The notes beneath the pieces are model-generated. The model saw only the letters and a list, made by a program, of their open reading frames with translations. It was not told where the DNA came from and did no database searches. From assembly GCA_963708025.1 (NCBI GenBank), contig CAVPSB010000015.1, positions 256,001 through 320,000 of the forward strand: a stretch of 64,000 nt of DNA. The letters are read 5' to 3'. Numbering within the stretch: the first letter of the stretch is position 1; every line of letters starts with the position of its first letter. This document shows, piece after piece, positions 31,165 through 40,961 of this stretch. The position numbers and the translations under genes were made by a program. The DNA comes from an uncultured Candidatus Rokubacteria bacterium. GTDB lineage: Bacteria; Methylomirabilota; Methylomirabilia; Rokubacteriales; DASRDR01.

Positions 31165-31675
31165 GGGGCGGCCGGGGTGTCGTAGCGAGATAGCCGACGA
31201 GCTTGCCGCACGTGGGTCCAGTTCTTCTGTTCGATGTGGGCGTTGTCGTCCTTCTTGTAGGGGCGGCCGCGGGTGAACTGGATCGCGTGGGCCTGGCAGT
31301 AGCGGACGAGATGGTCGTTGATGAACTCGCGAGCCGTTGTCGGAGTCGATGCCCAGCAGGCGGAAGGGCAGCGCCTGCCGGATCTCGTCCAGGGCCGTCA
31401 GGACGCGGGCCTGGCCGCTTGCCCAGCACGGCGCGAGTCTCGGTCCACGTGGTGTGGATGTCGGTGACGTTGAGCGAGTGGGCGAACTCGCCGTCGGCGC
31501 GGTCGTCCGGAGTGGGCGACGAGGTCGATCTCGGTGAAGCCCGGCGCGGTCGACATCCCAGTGGTCCGTCTTCAGCGGGATGTGGTGCTTCAGCAGCGTC
31601 CCGGGCTTGGTGCGCCCGTAGCGCCGGGTCTTGAGCGTCGCGCTTGGCGGCGCAGGCGGCGATCGATCTGCGCCC
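31165..31675 (-). mobile_element. Degraded rve/DDE integrase-type transposase fragment (ISNCY/IS481-like)
   Basis: Across frames: TKPGTLLKHHIP, EIDLVAH, LNVTDIHTTWTE, GIDSDNGS, FTRGRPYKKDDNAHIEQKNWTHV. Multiple frameshifts, truncated at both ends. Confidence 0.85.
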
Positions 31676-31750
31676 CCTTGCTGGTGGGGCGGCGCGTCGT
31701 CTATTCTGCCCCTGCGCCACGCCACCGCCCGGCCCCGAAAGGAGACGCCC

Positions 31751-32749
31751 GTGAGAACCAGGCCGCTGCCGCTCGCCGGAGTCCTCGTGCTGGTCGTCCT
31801 CGCGTCCGTCGCCCTCGGCGTCGTCCCCGGTCGGGCCGCCGATCCGCCTCTGATCCGCTTCGGCCACGGCTTCGCCGCCGAGGAGCAGGTCTGGCTGATG
31901 GGGGCGCGCCCGGACCTGACGCCGAACCAGGGCGCGAAGTACCGCCTGAAGTTCACGCTGTTCCAGGGGAACCCGGAGCGCTTCCAGGCCTACCTGGCCA
32001 ACGAGCTGGACGGCGGCACCGCCCCCGGCCTGGCCGTCATCTTCGCCCGCGCCCAGGGCGTGGACCTCAAGCTGGTCGCGGCCATCTGCCAGGAGGCGGC
32101 CGGCAAGGAGTGGTTCACGACCCAGTACATGGTCAAGGACGACGGCCCCATCAAGAGCGTCAAGGACCTCAAGGGCGGCACCGTGGCCGTGGTCGGGATC
32201 AAGACCGCCACCGACCTGTGGGCGCGGGCGGCGATCCTGAACGCCGGCCTGGTCCCGGACAGGGACGTCAAGGTGGTGCCGATGGGGTTTCCCGCCATCG
32301 GCCCGGCCGTCCGCTCGGACAAGGTGACCGCCGGGACCTTCGTGGAGCCGTTCTACTCGGCCGAGAAGGCCAAGGGCGGGCTGCGGACGCTGTTCACGGC
32401 GGTCGACGTGGTCGGCTACGACCACGAGCTGCTCGACATCTGGTTCGGCGAGCGCTTCCTCAAGGCGCAGCCCGACGCCGTGCGCGCGTTCCTCGCCGAC
32501 TACGTCGCCGTCACCCGGTACTACCTGGCCAACACCGAGCAGGCCAAGCGCGACATCCACAAGGCGGGCTTCGTCCGGACGCCGCTCGAGCTCTACCTGA
32601 AGAACGCCGACTGGAAGCGCGATCCGAACGGCCGGGTGGACGTCGCCAGCCTGAAGAAGCTGACGGCGCTGATGCTCGAGAAGCTCGCCTGGCTGGAGAA
32701 GCCAGTCAACGTGGACGAGCTGGTCGACCAGGGCTACCTGCCGAAGTAG
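31751..32749 (+). CDS. NMT1/SsuA/TauA-type ABC substrate-binding protein
   Basis: Signal peptide, IKSVKDLKGGTVAV, PDAVRAFL. Confidence 0.85.
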   Translation: MRTRPLPLAGVLVLVVLASVALGVVPGRAADPPLIRFGHGFAAEEQVWLMGARPDLTPNQGAKYRLKFTLFQGNPERFQAYLANELDGGTAPGLAVIFARAQGVDLKLVAAICQEAAGKEWFTTQYMVKDDGPIKSVKDLKGGTVAVVGIKTATDLWARAAILNAGLVPDRDVKVVPMGFPAIGPAVRSDKVTAGTFVEPFYSAEKAKGGLRTLFTAVDVVGYDHELLDIWFGERFLKAQPDAVRAFLADYVAVTRYYLANTEQAKRDIHKAGFVRTPLELYLKNADWKRDPNGRVDVASLKKLTALMLEKLAWLEKPVNVDELVDQGYLPK

Positions 32750-32773
32750 GGCCGCGGCGGGCGGCGGGCCGGC

Positions 32774-33553
32774 ATGAGCGTCGTCGCCCTGGAGGCGGTG
32801 GGCGTCCGGAAGCTCTACACGAAGAACGGCCGCCAGCTCCCGGTCCTCGACCTCGAGCGGTTCACCGCCCGCGAGGGGGAGTTCGTCACCGTGGTCGGCC
32901 CCAGCGGCTGCGGCAAGAGCACCTTCCTCCACATCGTGGGCGGCTTCATTCGGCCGGAGGCCGGGTCGATCCGCGTCTACGGCCGGGAGGTGGCCGGCCC
33001 CGGCCCCGACCGCGGCATGATGTTCCAGGAGTTCGCGCTCTTCCCCTGGCGCACGGTGGCCGGCAACGTCGAGTGGGGACTCGAGGTGCAGGGGGTGCCG
33101 CGCGGCGAGCGGGAGGCGACCGTCCGGAAGTACCTGGAGCTCATGGACCTGGTGGAGTTCCGCCACCACTATCCAGCCGAGATCTCGGGCGGCATGAAGC
33201 AGCGGGTGGCGCTGGCCCGGGTCCTGGCCTTCGATCCCAAGGTCCTCCTGATGGACGAGCCCTTCGGCGCCCTCGACGCCCAGACGCGCGAGGTCATGCA
33301 GGAGGAGCTGCTCCGGCTCTGGGAGCGGACCGGGAAGACCATCGTCTTCGTGACCCACGACATCGAGGAGGCCGTGTACCTGGGCGACCGCGTGGTCGTC
33401 CTCACCGCCCGCCCGGCCCGGGTCAAGGAGGAGGTGGCCATCGGCCTCCCGCGCCCCCGCGACATCACGGTGAGGAAGTCGGTCGCGTGCCTCGAGTACC
33501 GGAACCACGTAGGGGACCTGATCCGCGGCGAAGCCGCCGACCGCCGCGGCTAG
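32774..33553 (+). CDS. ABC ATPase (SsuB/TauB-type)
   Basis: GPSGCGKS, ISGGMKQR, LLMDEPF, VTHD. Confidence 0.95.
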   Translation: MSVVALEAVGVRKLYTKNGRQLPVLDLERFTAREGEFVTVVGPSGCGKSTFLHIVGGFIRPEAGSIRVYGREVAGPGPDRGMMFQEFALFPWRTVAGNVEWGLEVQGVPRGEREATVRKYLELMDLVEFRHHYPAEISGGMKQRVALARVLAFDPKVLLMDEPFGALDAQTREVMQEELLRLWERTGKTIVFVTHDIEEAVYLGDRVVVLTARPARVKEEVAIGLPRPRDITVRKSVACLEYRNHVGDLIRGEAADRRG

Positions 33554-33682
33554 ACCCTCGGGAGTCCTCGGGGGTCTTCCGGGATCCCGAGGAGGGTGTG
33601 AGGGAATCGGCCTCCGGCTCCCCCCTCCCCCCAGCGGGTGGGGGAGGGGGGCTGGGGGGGGGGAGGAGGGAGGTCCCGAAAA

Positions 33683-34456
33683 TCAGGCGTAGTAGGAGTC
33701 GAGCTTCTCCCAGAAGACGAGGCGGTTCCGCAGCAGGACCAGGAGGCGGTCGAGGCCGAGGCCGAGCGCCGCGATGACGACGACCGCCGCCAGCATCCGG
33801 TCCGTCTTCAGCGACGCCAGCGAGTAGATGACCAGGTAGCCGAGCCCGTCGGCCGAGCTGATCATCTCGGTGATGATGACGACGATCATCGCGATCGGGA
33901 GGGCCACCCGGAGGCCGGCGAAGATGTAGGGAGCGGTGGCCGGCATGACGATGCGGCGGAGCACCTGCCCGCGCGAGGCGCCCATGTTGAGCGCCGACCA
34001 CACCAGGACCCGGTTGACGGCCCGGCTGCCGGCGTAGGCGTTGATGACGATCGGGTAGAGGCACTCCAGGAAGACCAGCAGGACCTTGGACAGGCTGCCG
34101 ATCCCGAAGGCGAAGATGAAGATGGGGAGGAGCGCGATCTTCGGGATCGGATAGGTGCCGGTCAGGAGGGGATCGACGATGGCCGCCAGCAGCGCCGATC
34201 GCCCCATCGCCACGCCGATCAGCACGCCGGCGGCGGCGGCGAGCGCGAAGCCGGCCAGGGCCCGGTAGAGGGAGTGCCACGCCTCGCCGAGCGACTCGAC
34301 CCGGACGAGGAGCCACCCCAGCTCGCGGGCGACGCTGACCAGCGAGGGGAAGATGATGGGGCTCAGGTTTGCGGTCCGGGCGATCACCTCCCAGGCCACC
34401 AGGCCGCCGGCCAGCAGGGCGACCCGCCGGAGCCACGCGGCGCCGCCGGCGCTCAC
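33683..34456 (-). CDS. ABC permease (SsuC/TauC-type)
   Basis: YPIPKIALLP, SALNMGA, GLGYLV. Confidence 0.9.
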   Translation of the reverse strand: MSAGGAAWLRRVALLAGGLVAWEVIARTANLSPIIFPSLVSVARELGWLLVRVESLGEAWHSLYRALAGFALAAAAGVLIGVAMGRSALLAAIVDPLLTGTYPIPKIALLPIFIFAFGIGSLSKVLLVFLECLYPIVINAYAGSRAVNRVLVWSALNMGASRGQVLRRIVMPATAPYIFAGLRVALPIAMIVVIITEMISSADGLGYLVIYSLASLKTDRMLAAVVVIAALGLGLDRLLVLLRNRLVFWEKLDSYYA

Positions 34457-35209
34457 GCGGCCGACGCCTCTTGCCACGCCAGCACGCGCCGGCGCACGAG
34501 CCGCAGGAGCTGGTCGCTCGCGTAGCCCAGGATCGCGATCGCCAGGATGGCGACGTACATCAGGTCGAAGCGGAGGCTATTCTCCGACTGCCGGATCAGG
34601 AACCCGAGCCCCGAGCGCGCGTTGATCATCTCGGTGGAGAAGAGCAGGATGAACGACAGCGCCAGCGACACGCGGATACCGGCGAAGATCAGCGGCAGCG
34701 CGACGGGGACCACGATCTTCCGGAAGATCTGCGCCGCGGCCGGCCCCCATGTTGAGGGCGGACCAGACCAGGATGGTCGGCGTGGCGCGGGCGCCGTAGT
34801 AGGCGTTGATGAAGCTCGGGTAGAAGCAGGCGAGCGCGATGATCAGCACCTTCGAGAGGTCGCCGATCCCGAACCAGAGCATGAAGATCGGCAGGAAGAC
34901 GATCTTCGGGACCGGGTAGGTGAGGAAGACCACCGGGCTCAGGAGCTGGTCGAACCCCCGCGCCGCGCCGGCGCCGAGCCCCAGCGCGATGCCGGCGGCG
35001 GTCCCGAGGGCGAAGCCCGGGAGCGAGCGGACGAGGCTGGCGGCGACGTGAGGGAGAAGCTCCCCGGAGCGGAGCGCCTCGATGAAGTGGGTGGCGACCT
35101 CGGCCGGGCTCAGGACGAAGTCGGGCAGGCCGGTCAGCCACAGGAGCTGCCAGAGCGCCAGCGCGCCGAGCAGGGCGAGGGGGCCAACCAGCCGGCGGGC
35201 GGCGGGCAT
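34453..35209 (-). CDS. ABC permease (SsuC/TauC-type), frameshift near 34740
   Basis: YPVPKIVFLP, SALNMGA, then ALPLIFAGIR and GLGFLI in another frame. Confidence 0.85.
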
Positions 35210-35216
35210 GATCAGC

Positions 35217-35343
35217 GGGCGGGGACCGATGAGCGTCGCAAGGTTCATCTCGGTCGGGACGCGCTCGGCCTACAACGTTCGGACGGCCTTCGGCCTGTGG
35301 GCGCTGCTCGCTCCTCGGCCCCGCCCCCGGAACTTGACTCATC
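35217..35343. repeat. MITE/REPIN-like hairpin element, copy A
   Basis: gggcgggg.ccgatgagcg ... ggccttcggcc ... cgctcctcggccccgccc ... ttgactcatc; related to 58240-58322 and 60983-61166. Confidence 0.75.
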
Positions 35344-35370
35344 CGTCATGACTTTGGCGCCCCAAGGACT

Positions 35371-37068
35371 CTAGCGCGGGGTGGGTCGCAGGAAGTCGAA
35401 GTCGCACCCCTCGGAGGCCTGGAGCACCCGCTCGACGAAGAGCCGGCGGTAGCCGCGCTCGAAGCCCGGCGCCGGGGCCCGCCACTCGGCCCGCCGCCGG
35501 GCCAGCTCGTCGTCGGGCACCCGCAGGTCGAGCCGCCGCGCCTCCACGTCGAGCACGATCTCGTCGCCGTCCCGCACCAGCGCCAGCGGACCGCCCACGG
35601 CCGCCTCGGGCGCGACGTGGAGCACGACCGTGCCGCCGGCGGTGCCGCTCATCCGCGCGTCGGAGACGCGCACCATGTCGCGGACCCCGGCCGCCAGCAG
35701 CTTGGCCGGGATCGGCAGCGAGCCGGCCTCGGGCATCCCGGGGCCGCCGACGGGCCCGGCGTTCTGGAGCACGAGCACGCTGTCGGGGGTGACGGGCAGC
35801 GCCGGGTCGTCCACACGGGCGGTGAGGTCGTCGAGGTCGCGGAAGACGCACGCCGGGCCGCGGTGGCGCAGGAGCGCCGGTGAGGCCGCCGAGACCTTCA
35901 TCACCGCGCCGTCGGGGGCGAGGTTGCCCCGCAGGATCGCCAGGCCGCCCTCCGCCCGGAGCGGGCGCTCGAGTGGCGTGATCACGTCCTGCCACGCCCC
36001 CGGCACGGGCACGCCGTCGAGCACGTCGCCGAGCGTCTGCCCGGTCACCGTGAGCACCTCCCGCGCCAGGAGCGGCGCCAGCACCTTCATCACGCCCGGG
36101 ATGCCGCCGGCCTCGACGAGGTCCTCCATGAGGTGCTTCCCGGATGGCCGGACGTTGGCCACCACCGGCGTCGTCCGGCCGACGCGGTCGAAGTCGTCGA
36201 GGGTCAGCGGCACCCCGGCACGCCCGGCGATCGCCAGGAGGTGGACCACGGCGTTGGTGGAGCCGCCGAGGGCCATGACGACCCGGAGCGCGTTCTCGAA
36301 CGCCGGCCGGGTCAGGATCACCGACGGCCGGAGGTCCTCGCGCGCCATCTCGACGATCCGCCGGCCGGCGGCCTCGGCGAGACGGAGGCGGCGCGCCAGC
36401 GGCGCCGGGATCGCCGCCATCCCGGGGAGCGTGAGGCCGAGCGCCTCGGCGAGGGCCGCCATCGTGCTGGCCGTGCCCATGACCATGCAGGTGCCGGTGG
36501 ACGGGAAGAGCTCGCCCTGGATCGCCTCCAGGCGGACGGCGTCGAGGGTGCCCGCCCGGTACTCGCTCCAGAAGCGCCGGCAGTCGGTGCAGGCCCCGAG
36601 CCGCGCCCCCTCGTGGCGTCCGGCCAGCATCGGGCCCGCGGTGACCACGATGGCCGGACGATCGGCGCTGGCCGCGCCCATGATCTGGGCGGGCATGGTC
36701 TTGTCGCAGCCCCCGAGCAGGACGACGCCGTCCATCGGCTGGCCGAGGATCATCTCCTCGGTGTCCATCGCCATCAGGTTGCGGAAGAGCATGGTGGTCG
36801 GCGAGAGGTAGATCTCGCCGAGCGAGATGGTCGGGAACTCGAGCGGGAGACCGCCGGCCTGCCAGACGCCGCGCTTCACGGCCTCGGCGATCTCGCGGAG
36901 GTGCCGGTGGCAGTGGTTGAACTCGCTCCAGGTCTGGGCGATCCCGATGATGGGCCGGGCGAGGTCCTCGGCCGTCAGCCCCGAGCCCCGGGCGTAGGCG
37001 CCGCGGATGAAGAGGCTGAAGGCGGGGTCGCCGTAGTGGGTCAGGCCGCGTCGGATGCCGTGGATCAT
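35371..37068 (-). CDS. IlvD/Edd family dehydratase
   Basis: FNHCH, GCDKT, GTCMVMGTASTM, GGSTN, GPGMPE, DARMSGT. Confidence 0.92.
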   Translation of the reverse strand: MIHGIRRGLTHYGDPAFSLFIRGAYARGSGLTAEDLARPIIGIAQTWSEFNHCHRHLREIAEAVKRGVWQAGGLPLEFPTISLGEIYLSPTTMLFRNLMAMDTEEMILGQPMDGVVLLGGCDKTMPAQIMGAASADRPAIVVTAGPMLAGRHEGARLGACTDCRRFWSEYRAGTLDAVRLEAIQGELFPSTGTCMVMGTASTMAALAEALGLTLPGMAAIPAPLARRLRLAEAAGRRIVEMAREDLRPSVILTRPAFENALRVVMALGGSTNAVVHLLAIAGRAGVPLTLDDFDRVGRTTPVVANVRPSGKHLMEDLVEAGGIPGVMKVLAPLLAREVLTVTGQTLGDVLDGVPVPGAWQDVITPLERPLRAEGGLAILRGNLAPDGAVMKVSAASPALLRHRGPACVFRDLDDLTARVDDPALPVTPDSVLVLQNAGPVGGPGMPEAGSLPIPAKLLAAGVRDMVRVSDARMSGTAGGTVVLHVAPEAAVGGPLALVRDGDEIVLDVEARRLDLRVPDDELARRRAEWRAPAPGFERGYRRLFVERVLQASEGCDFDFLRPTPR

Positions 37069-37144
37069 GCCGAGCCTCCTGGGTGGCGGTGGCGGAGAGC
37101 TACGCGGTAAGATACCTCATCCCGCGCACGACCCAGGAGGGGCC

Positions 37145-39565
37145 ATGCCCGAGCCGTTCACGGCCGCCCTCGGCCGCCCGACCGACGCTCCGCGCCTGAC
37201 CGCCGAGGAGCGGCGGATCCTGGAGCGCATCCAGGACCGGCTCCTGTGGCTGGCGACGTACACCATCCACTACGCCAACGCCCAGCGGAAGAATCCCTCG
37301 CCGGAGCGGGTCGGCGGCCACCAGTCCAGCTCGACGTCGGTCCTCACCCTGCTCACGGCCCTCTACTTCAAGCTCCTGCGGCCCGGCGACCGCATCGCGG
37401 TCAAGCCGACCGCGGCGCCGATCTTCTACGCGATCCAGGTGCTGCGCGGCCTCCTGCCGCCCGAGGGCCTGAAGGCCTACCGGTCCCTCGACGGGCTCCA
37501 GGCCTACCCCAGCCGCGCCAAGAACCCCGACTGGCTCGACTTCTCGACCGGCTCGATGGGCCTGGGCGCCGTCGCGCCCGCCTTCGCGACCCTGATGGAT
37601 CGCTACCTCGCGGACCACTTCGGCGCCCCCGGCGAGGGTGTTCCCGGCCGCCCGCGCAACATCGCGCTGGTCGGGGACGCCGAGCTGGACGAGGGGAGCG
37701 TGTGGGAGGCCTGGACCGAGGAGGCGATGGCCGAGCTGGCCGGACACGTGGTCGTGGTCGACCTGAACCGGCAGAGCCTCGACCGCGTCGTCGGCGACCG
37801 GCGGAGCCGGCAGCTCGAGGCGTTGTTCGGCGCGCTCGGCTGGCACGTGATCCGGCTCCGCCACGGCCGTCGGCGCGCGGCGCGGTTTGCGGGGCCGGGC
37901 GGCGAGTGGCTGCGGGATCGCTTCCAGACGATGGAGAACCTCGAGTACCACGCGCTCCTGCGCCTCGCTCCGGACGCCGCGCGGGCGGCGCTGCTCCGCG
38001 ACGCCCCACCGCCGGCGCGGGCCGCGCTCGACGACCTCGGCGCCGCCGCGGTGCGCGCGCTCCTCACCGACCTCGGGGGCCACGACCTCGACGCCGTCGT
38101 GGACGCCTTCGCCGAGGCCGATGCCGTCGGCGACCGGCCGGTGGCGATCCTGGCCTGGACGCTCAAGGGCTGGCGGCTTCCGTTCGCCGGCGACCCGCTC
38201 AACCACGGCGCCCAGCTCACCGCCGACCAGATCCAGGCGCTCGGCCGGGAGCTGGGGGTGGCCGAGGGGGACGAGTGGGGCCCGTTCGCGCCGGACAGCG
38301 CGGAGGCCGGCTACATCCGCCGGGTCATGGGGGCCGGGATCGGGCTCCCCCACCGCTACGCGCCGCCGCCGCCCATCCGGATCCCGGATCGACTCGAGCG
38401 ACCGCCCCGGCCGGCGACCTCGACCCAGGAGGCCTTCGGCGACGTGCTGGCGGCCCTGGCCCGGAACGCCGATCTCTCCCGGCACCTGGTCACCGTGTCG
38501 CCTGACGTGGCGACCACGACCCATCTCTCCGGGTGGGTGAACCGCCGCGGGGTCTACGCGCTCCGCGAGAGGGACGACGCCTTCGAGCGCCACGGCCTCG
38601 GCTCGCTGGTTCGCTGGCGCGAGAGCCCGGCCGGCCAGCACATCGAGCTGGGGATCGGCGAGGCGTCCTTGTTCATCCTCCTGTCGGTGCTCGGGCTAGC
38701 CCCCGAGCTGACGGGTCGCGCGTTGCTGCCGATCGGGACGCTCTACGACTGCTTTCTCCCCCGCGGCCTCGACCCACTCCTCCACGCCACCTACTCGAAG
38801 GCGCGCTTTCTCCTGGTGGCGAGCCCGTCGGGGATCACGCTGGCGCCCGAGGGGGGGGCCCACCAGTCGGTCCTGACGCCGAGCCTGGGCATCGAGGTGC
38901 CGAACCTGGCCGCCTACGAGCCGACGTTCGCCGGCGAGGTCGAGTGGCTCGTGCTCGACGCGCTGCGACGCATCCAGGATCGTGAGCACGGGCACGCGGT
39001 GTACGTCCGGCTCTCGACGAAGGTCGTGGACCAGGCCCTCCTCGAGCCCGCGGTGGCCCGGCTCGGCGAGACCGAGCTGCGCGCGCAGGTGCTCCGCGGA
39101 GGCTACCGCCTGGTCGACCATCGCGCGCGCGCGGGGTACGAGCCGGGCGCCAACGTCGTGACCCTCGCCGCGACCGGCGTGATGGTGCCGGACGCGGTCG
39201 CGGCGAGCCGGCTACTCGAGGCGGAGGGGATCTTCGCCAACGTGCTCGCGCTGACGAGCCCGCGGCTCTGCTACGACGGCTGGCGGGCCCGCCTGGACGG
39301 CCACGTGCGGAAGCGCGGGCCGCGGCCGCCGTCGTGGCTGCGCGGGCTCGTGCCCGCCGCCGAGGTCGAAGGCCAGGTGCCGATCGTGAGCGTGGTCGAC
39401 GGGCACTCGCACGCGCTCGCCTGGCTGGGGACCGCGATCGGCGTGCCCCAGGTGGCGCTCGGCGTCGACGGGTTCGGGCAGTCCGGGGCCCGGGACGATC
39501 TCTACCAGCATTACGGGATCGACGCGGAGACGATCGCCGCCGCCGCGCGCCTGACGCTCGCGTGA
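37145..39565 (+). CDS. TPP-dependent AceE-like pyruvate dehydrogenase E1 / transketolase-family enzyme
   Basis: VGGHQSS, FSTGSMGLG, GDAELDEG...NRQSLD, EGGAHQS, FGQSG. Confidence 0.85.
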   Translation: MPEPFTAALGRPTDAPRLTAEERRILERIQDRLLWLATYTIHYANAQRKNPSPERVGGHQSSSTSVLTLLTALYFKLLRPGDRIAVKPTAAPIFYAIQVLRGLLPPEGLKAYRSLDGLQAYPSRAKNPDWLDFSTGSMGLGAVAPAFATLMDRYLADHFGAPGEGVPGRPRNIALVGDAELDEGSVWEAWTEEAMAELAGHVVVVDLNRQSLDRVVGDRRSRQLEALFGALGWHVIRLRHGRRRAARFAGPGGEWLRDRFQTMENLEYHALLRLAPDAARAALLRDAPPPARAALDDLGAAAVRALLTDLGGHDLDAVVDAFAEADAVGDRPVAILAWTLKGWRLPFAGDPLNHGAQLTADQIQALGRELGVAEGDEWGPFAPDSAEAGYIRRVMGAGIGLPHRYAPPPPIRIPDRLERPPRPATSTQEAFGDVLAALARNADLSRHLVTVSPDVATTTHLSGWVNRRGVYALRERDDAFERHGLGSLVRWRESPAGQHIELGIGEASLFILLSVLGLAPELTGRALLPIGTLYDCFLPRGLDPLLHATYSKARFLLVASPSGITLAPEGGAHQSVLTPSLGIEVPNLAAYEPTFAGEVEWLVLDALRRIQDREHGHAVYVRLSTKVVDQALLEPAVARLGETELRAQVLRGGYRLVDHRARAGYEPGANVVTLAATGVMVPDAVAASRLLEAEGIFANVLALTSPRLCYDGWRARLDGHVRKRGPRPPSWLRGLVPAAEVEGQVPIVSVVDGHSHALAWLGTAIGVPQVALGVDGFGQSGARDDLYQHYGIDAETIAAAARLTLA

Positions 39566-39838
39566 GGCAGAGCTCGGGGAGTGTTCGAGTTTCCCGTAGA
39601 TCCTCCCATTTGGGAGGCACGGGAGGGGAAAGCTTGACAGGCCGAATGAACCTGGGCTATCAAGAGGCAACCCTTGCCCCCGAGGGGGGCGAGGCGCGGA
39701 GCGCCGGTCGGGCCTCGCGTCGTCGTGATCGAGCTGGGGCGCCTCTCGTGGGCCTTCCGGCCCGCGCGAGGCGCTCGTGTTTTGAGCCAGCCACGCGAGA
39801 TCCCGATCGGTCCGCCCGCCGTGAAGGAGGCGACAGAG

Positions 39839-40396
39839 ATGGCACTGTTCGGCCAGCAGTCCCGCAAGGACGAACCGCCCGCCAAACCCGAGCCGAAGCC
39901 GGAGAGGCCGGAGATGCCGCCGTTCAGCGTGCCGCCCGTGGCGCCGGCGCCGGCGCGCCCGGTCGAACCGCTGCGCGGAGTGGAGGAGAAGCCGATGTCG
40001 ATTCCCCCAGCCAAGCTGTCCGAGTCGATCCTGGCCGCGGGCCTCACGATCGAAGGCAAGATCGAGGGCAACGGGAACATCCGCGTGGCCGGACGCTTCA
40101 AGGGGAACGTCAACGTCAAGGGCGAGCTGACGATCGAGCCGGGCGCGTCGCTCGACGGCGAGATCAAGGCGGACAGCGTGCTGGTGGGGGGCGAGGTGCG
40201 CGGGCACATCGTCTCCAAGAGCCGGGTCGAGTTCAAGGAGTCCGGCACGCTCATCGGCGACCTGAAGGCCGGCAGCCTCACGGTGGCCGCCGGCTCGAAG
40301 ATGCGCGGCAAGGTGGAATTCGGCTGGAAGGAGGGCGAGCTGGACTCGGGCCCGCCGCCGGACACCGGCGCCGGCACCCTGCCACCCGCTCGATAA
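39839..40396 (+). CDS. Bactofilin (polymer-forming cytoskeletal protein)
   Basis: Pro-rich N-terminus, then SILAAGLTIEGKIEG...GNV...GEI...GDL beta-helix repeats. Confidence 0.9.
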   Translation: MALFGQQSRKDEPPAKPEPKPERPEMPPFSVPPVAPAPARPVEPLRGVEEKPMSIPPAKLSESILAAGLTIEGKIEGNGNIRVAGRFKGNVNVKGELTIEPGASLDGEIKADSVLVGGEVRGHIVSKSRVEFKESGTLIGDLKAGSLTVAAGSKMRGKVEFGWKEGELDSGPPPDTGAGTLPPAR

Positions 40397-40442
40397 TCGG
40401 TCCCGGGCGGCGGCCCGGTGGCTCATTGCTGGAGGGAATCCG

Positions 40443-40805
40443 ATGAGCACTCGCCCGGCAGCCACCGGTGAAGCGTGGAATTGCCCGCACTGCGGAGAGC
40501 GGATCCTCCGCAGTGCGGCCACCTGCCCGGCGTGCCAGCGTCACCTACGCTTCGACGCCGTCACCGTGGCCCGCCCCGCCCCGGCCACGGTCTGTCCGCT
40601 GACCGTGGACGGCACTATCCGGCACCCGGGCACCGAGGCGCCCTGGGAGTACTCGGTGATCATCGAGATCCACGACGAGCGCGGCGAGATGGTCGCCCGC
40701 CGGGTGGTGGGCGTGGGCGCCATGCGGGCCGGCGAGGGGCGGAAGTTCACGCTGCGCGTCGAGGTGGTCGTACCCGACAAGTCGGTCCTGACCGCCGCGT
40801 CGTAA
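40443..40805 (+). CDS. Zinc-ribbon protein
   Basis: CPHC...CPAC followed by a small beta-rich domain. Confidence 0.7.
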   Translation: MSTRPAATGEAWNCPHCGERILRSAATCPACQRHLRFDAVTVARPAPATVCPLTVDGTIRHPGTEAPWEYSVIIEIHDERGEMVARRVVGVGAMRAGEGRKFTLRVEVVVPDKSVLTAAS

Positions 40806-40961
40806 CTCGACCCCCCACGAGAAGAGCGGCCGCCGTCGGGCCCCCCGGTGCCCGACGCCGGCCAGCCGCTCCCGGGCCGGGTTGTCCCCGGGCCCCCCTT
40901 GGGCGTATAGTCGCCTCGATCACCTGATTTCCCCAGGCTCGTCCGAGCGAGGAGGCCCCTG

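Noticed and set aside
35210-35248. Permease start at 35248
   Set aside because: That ATG lies inside the dispersed hairpin element; 35209 is preferred.
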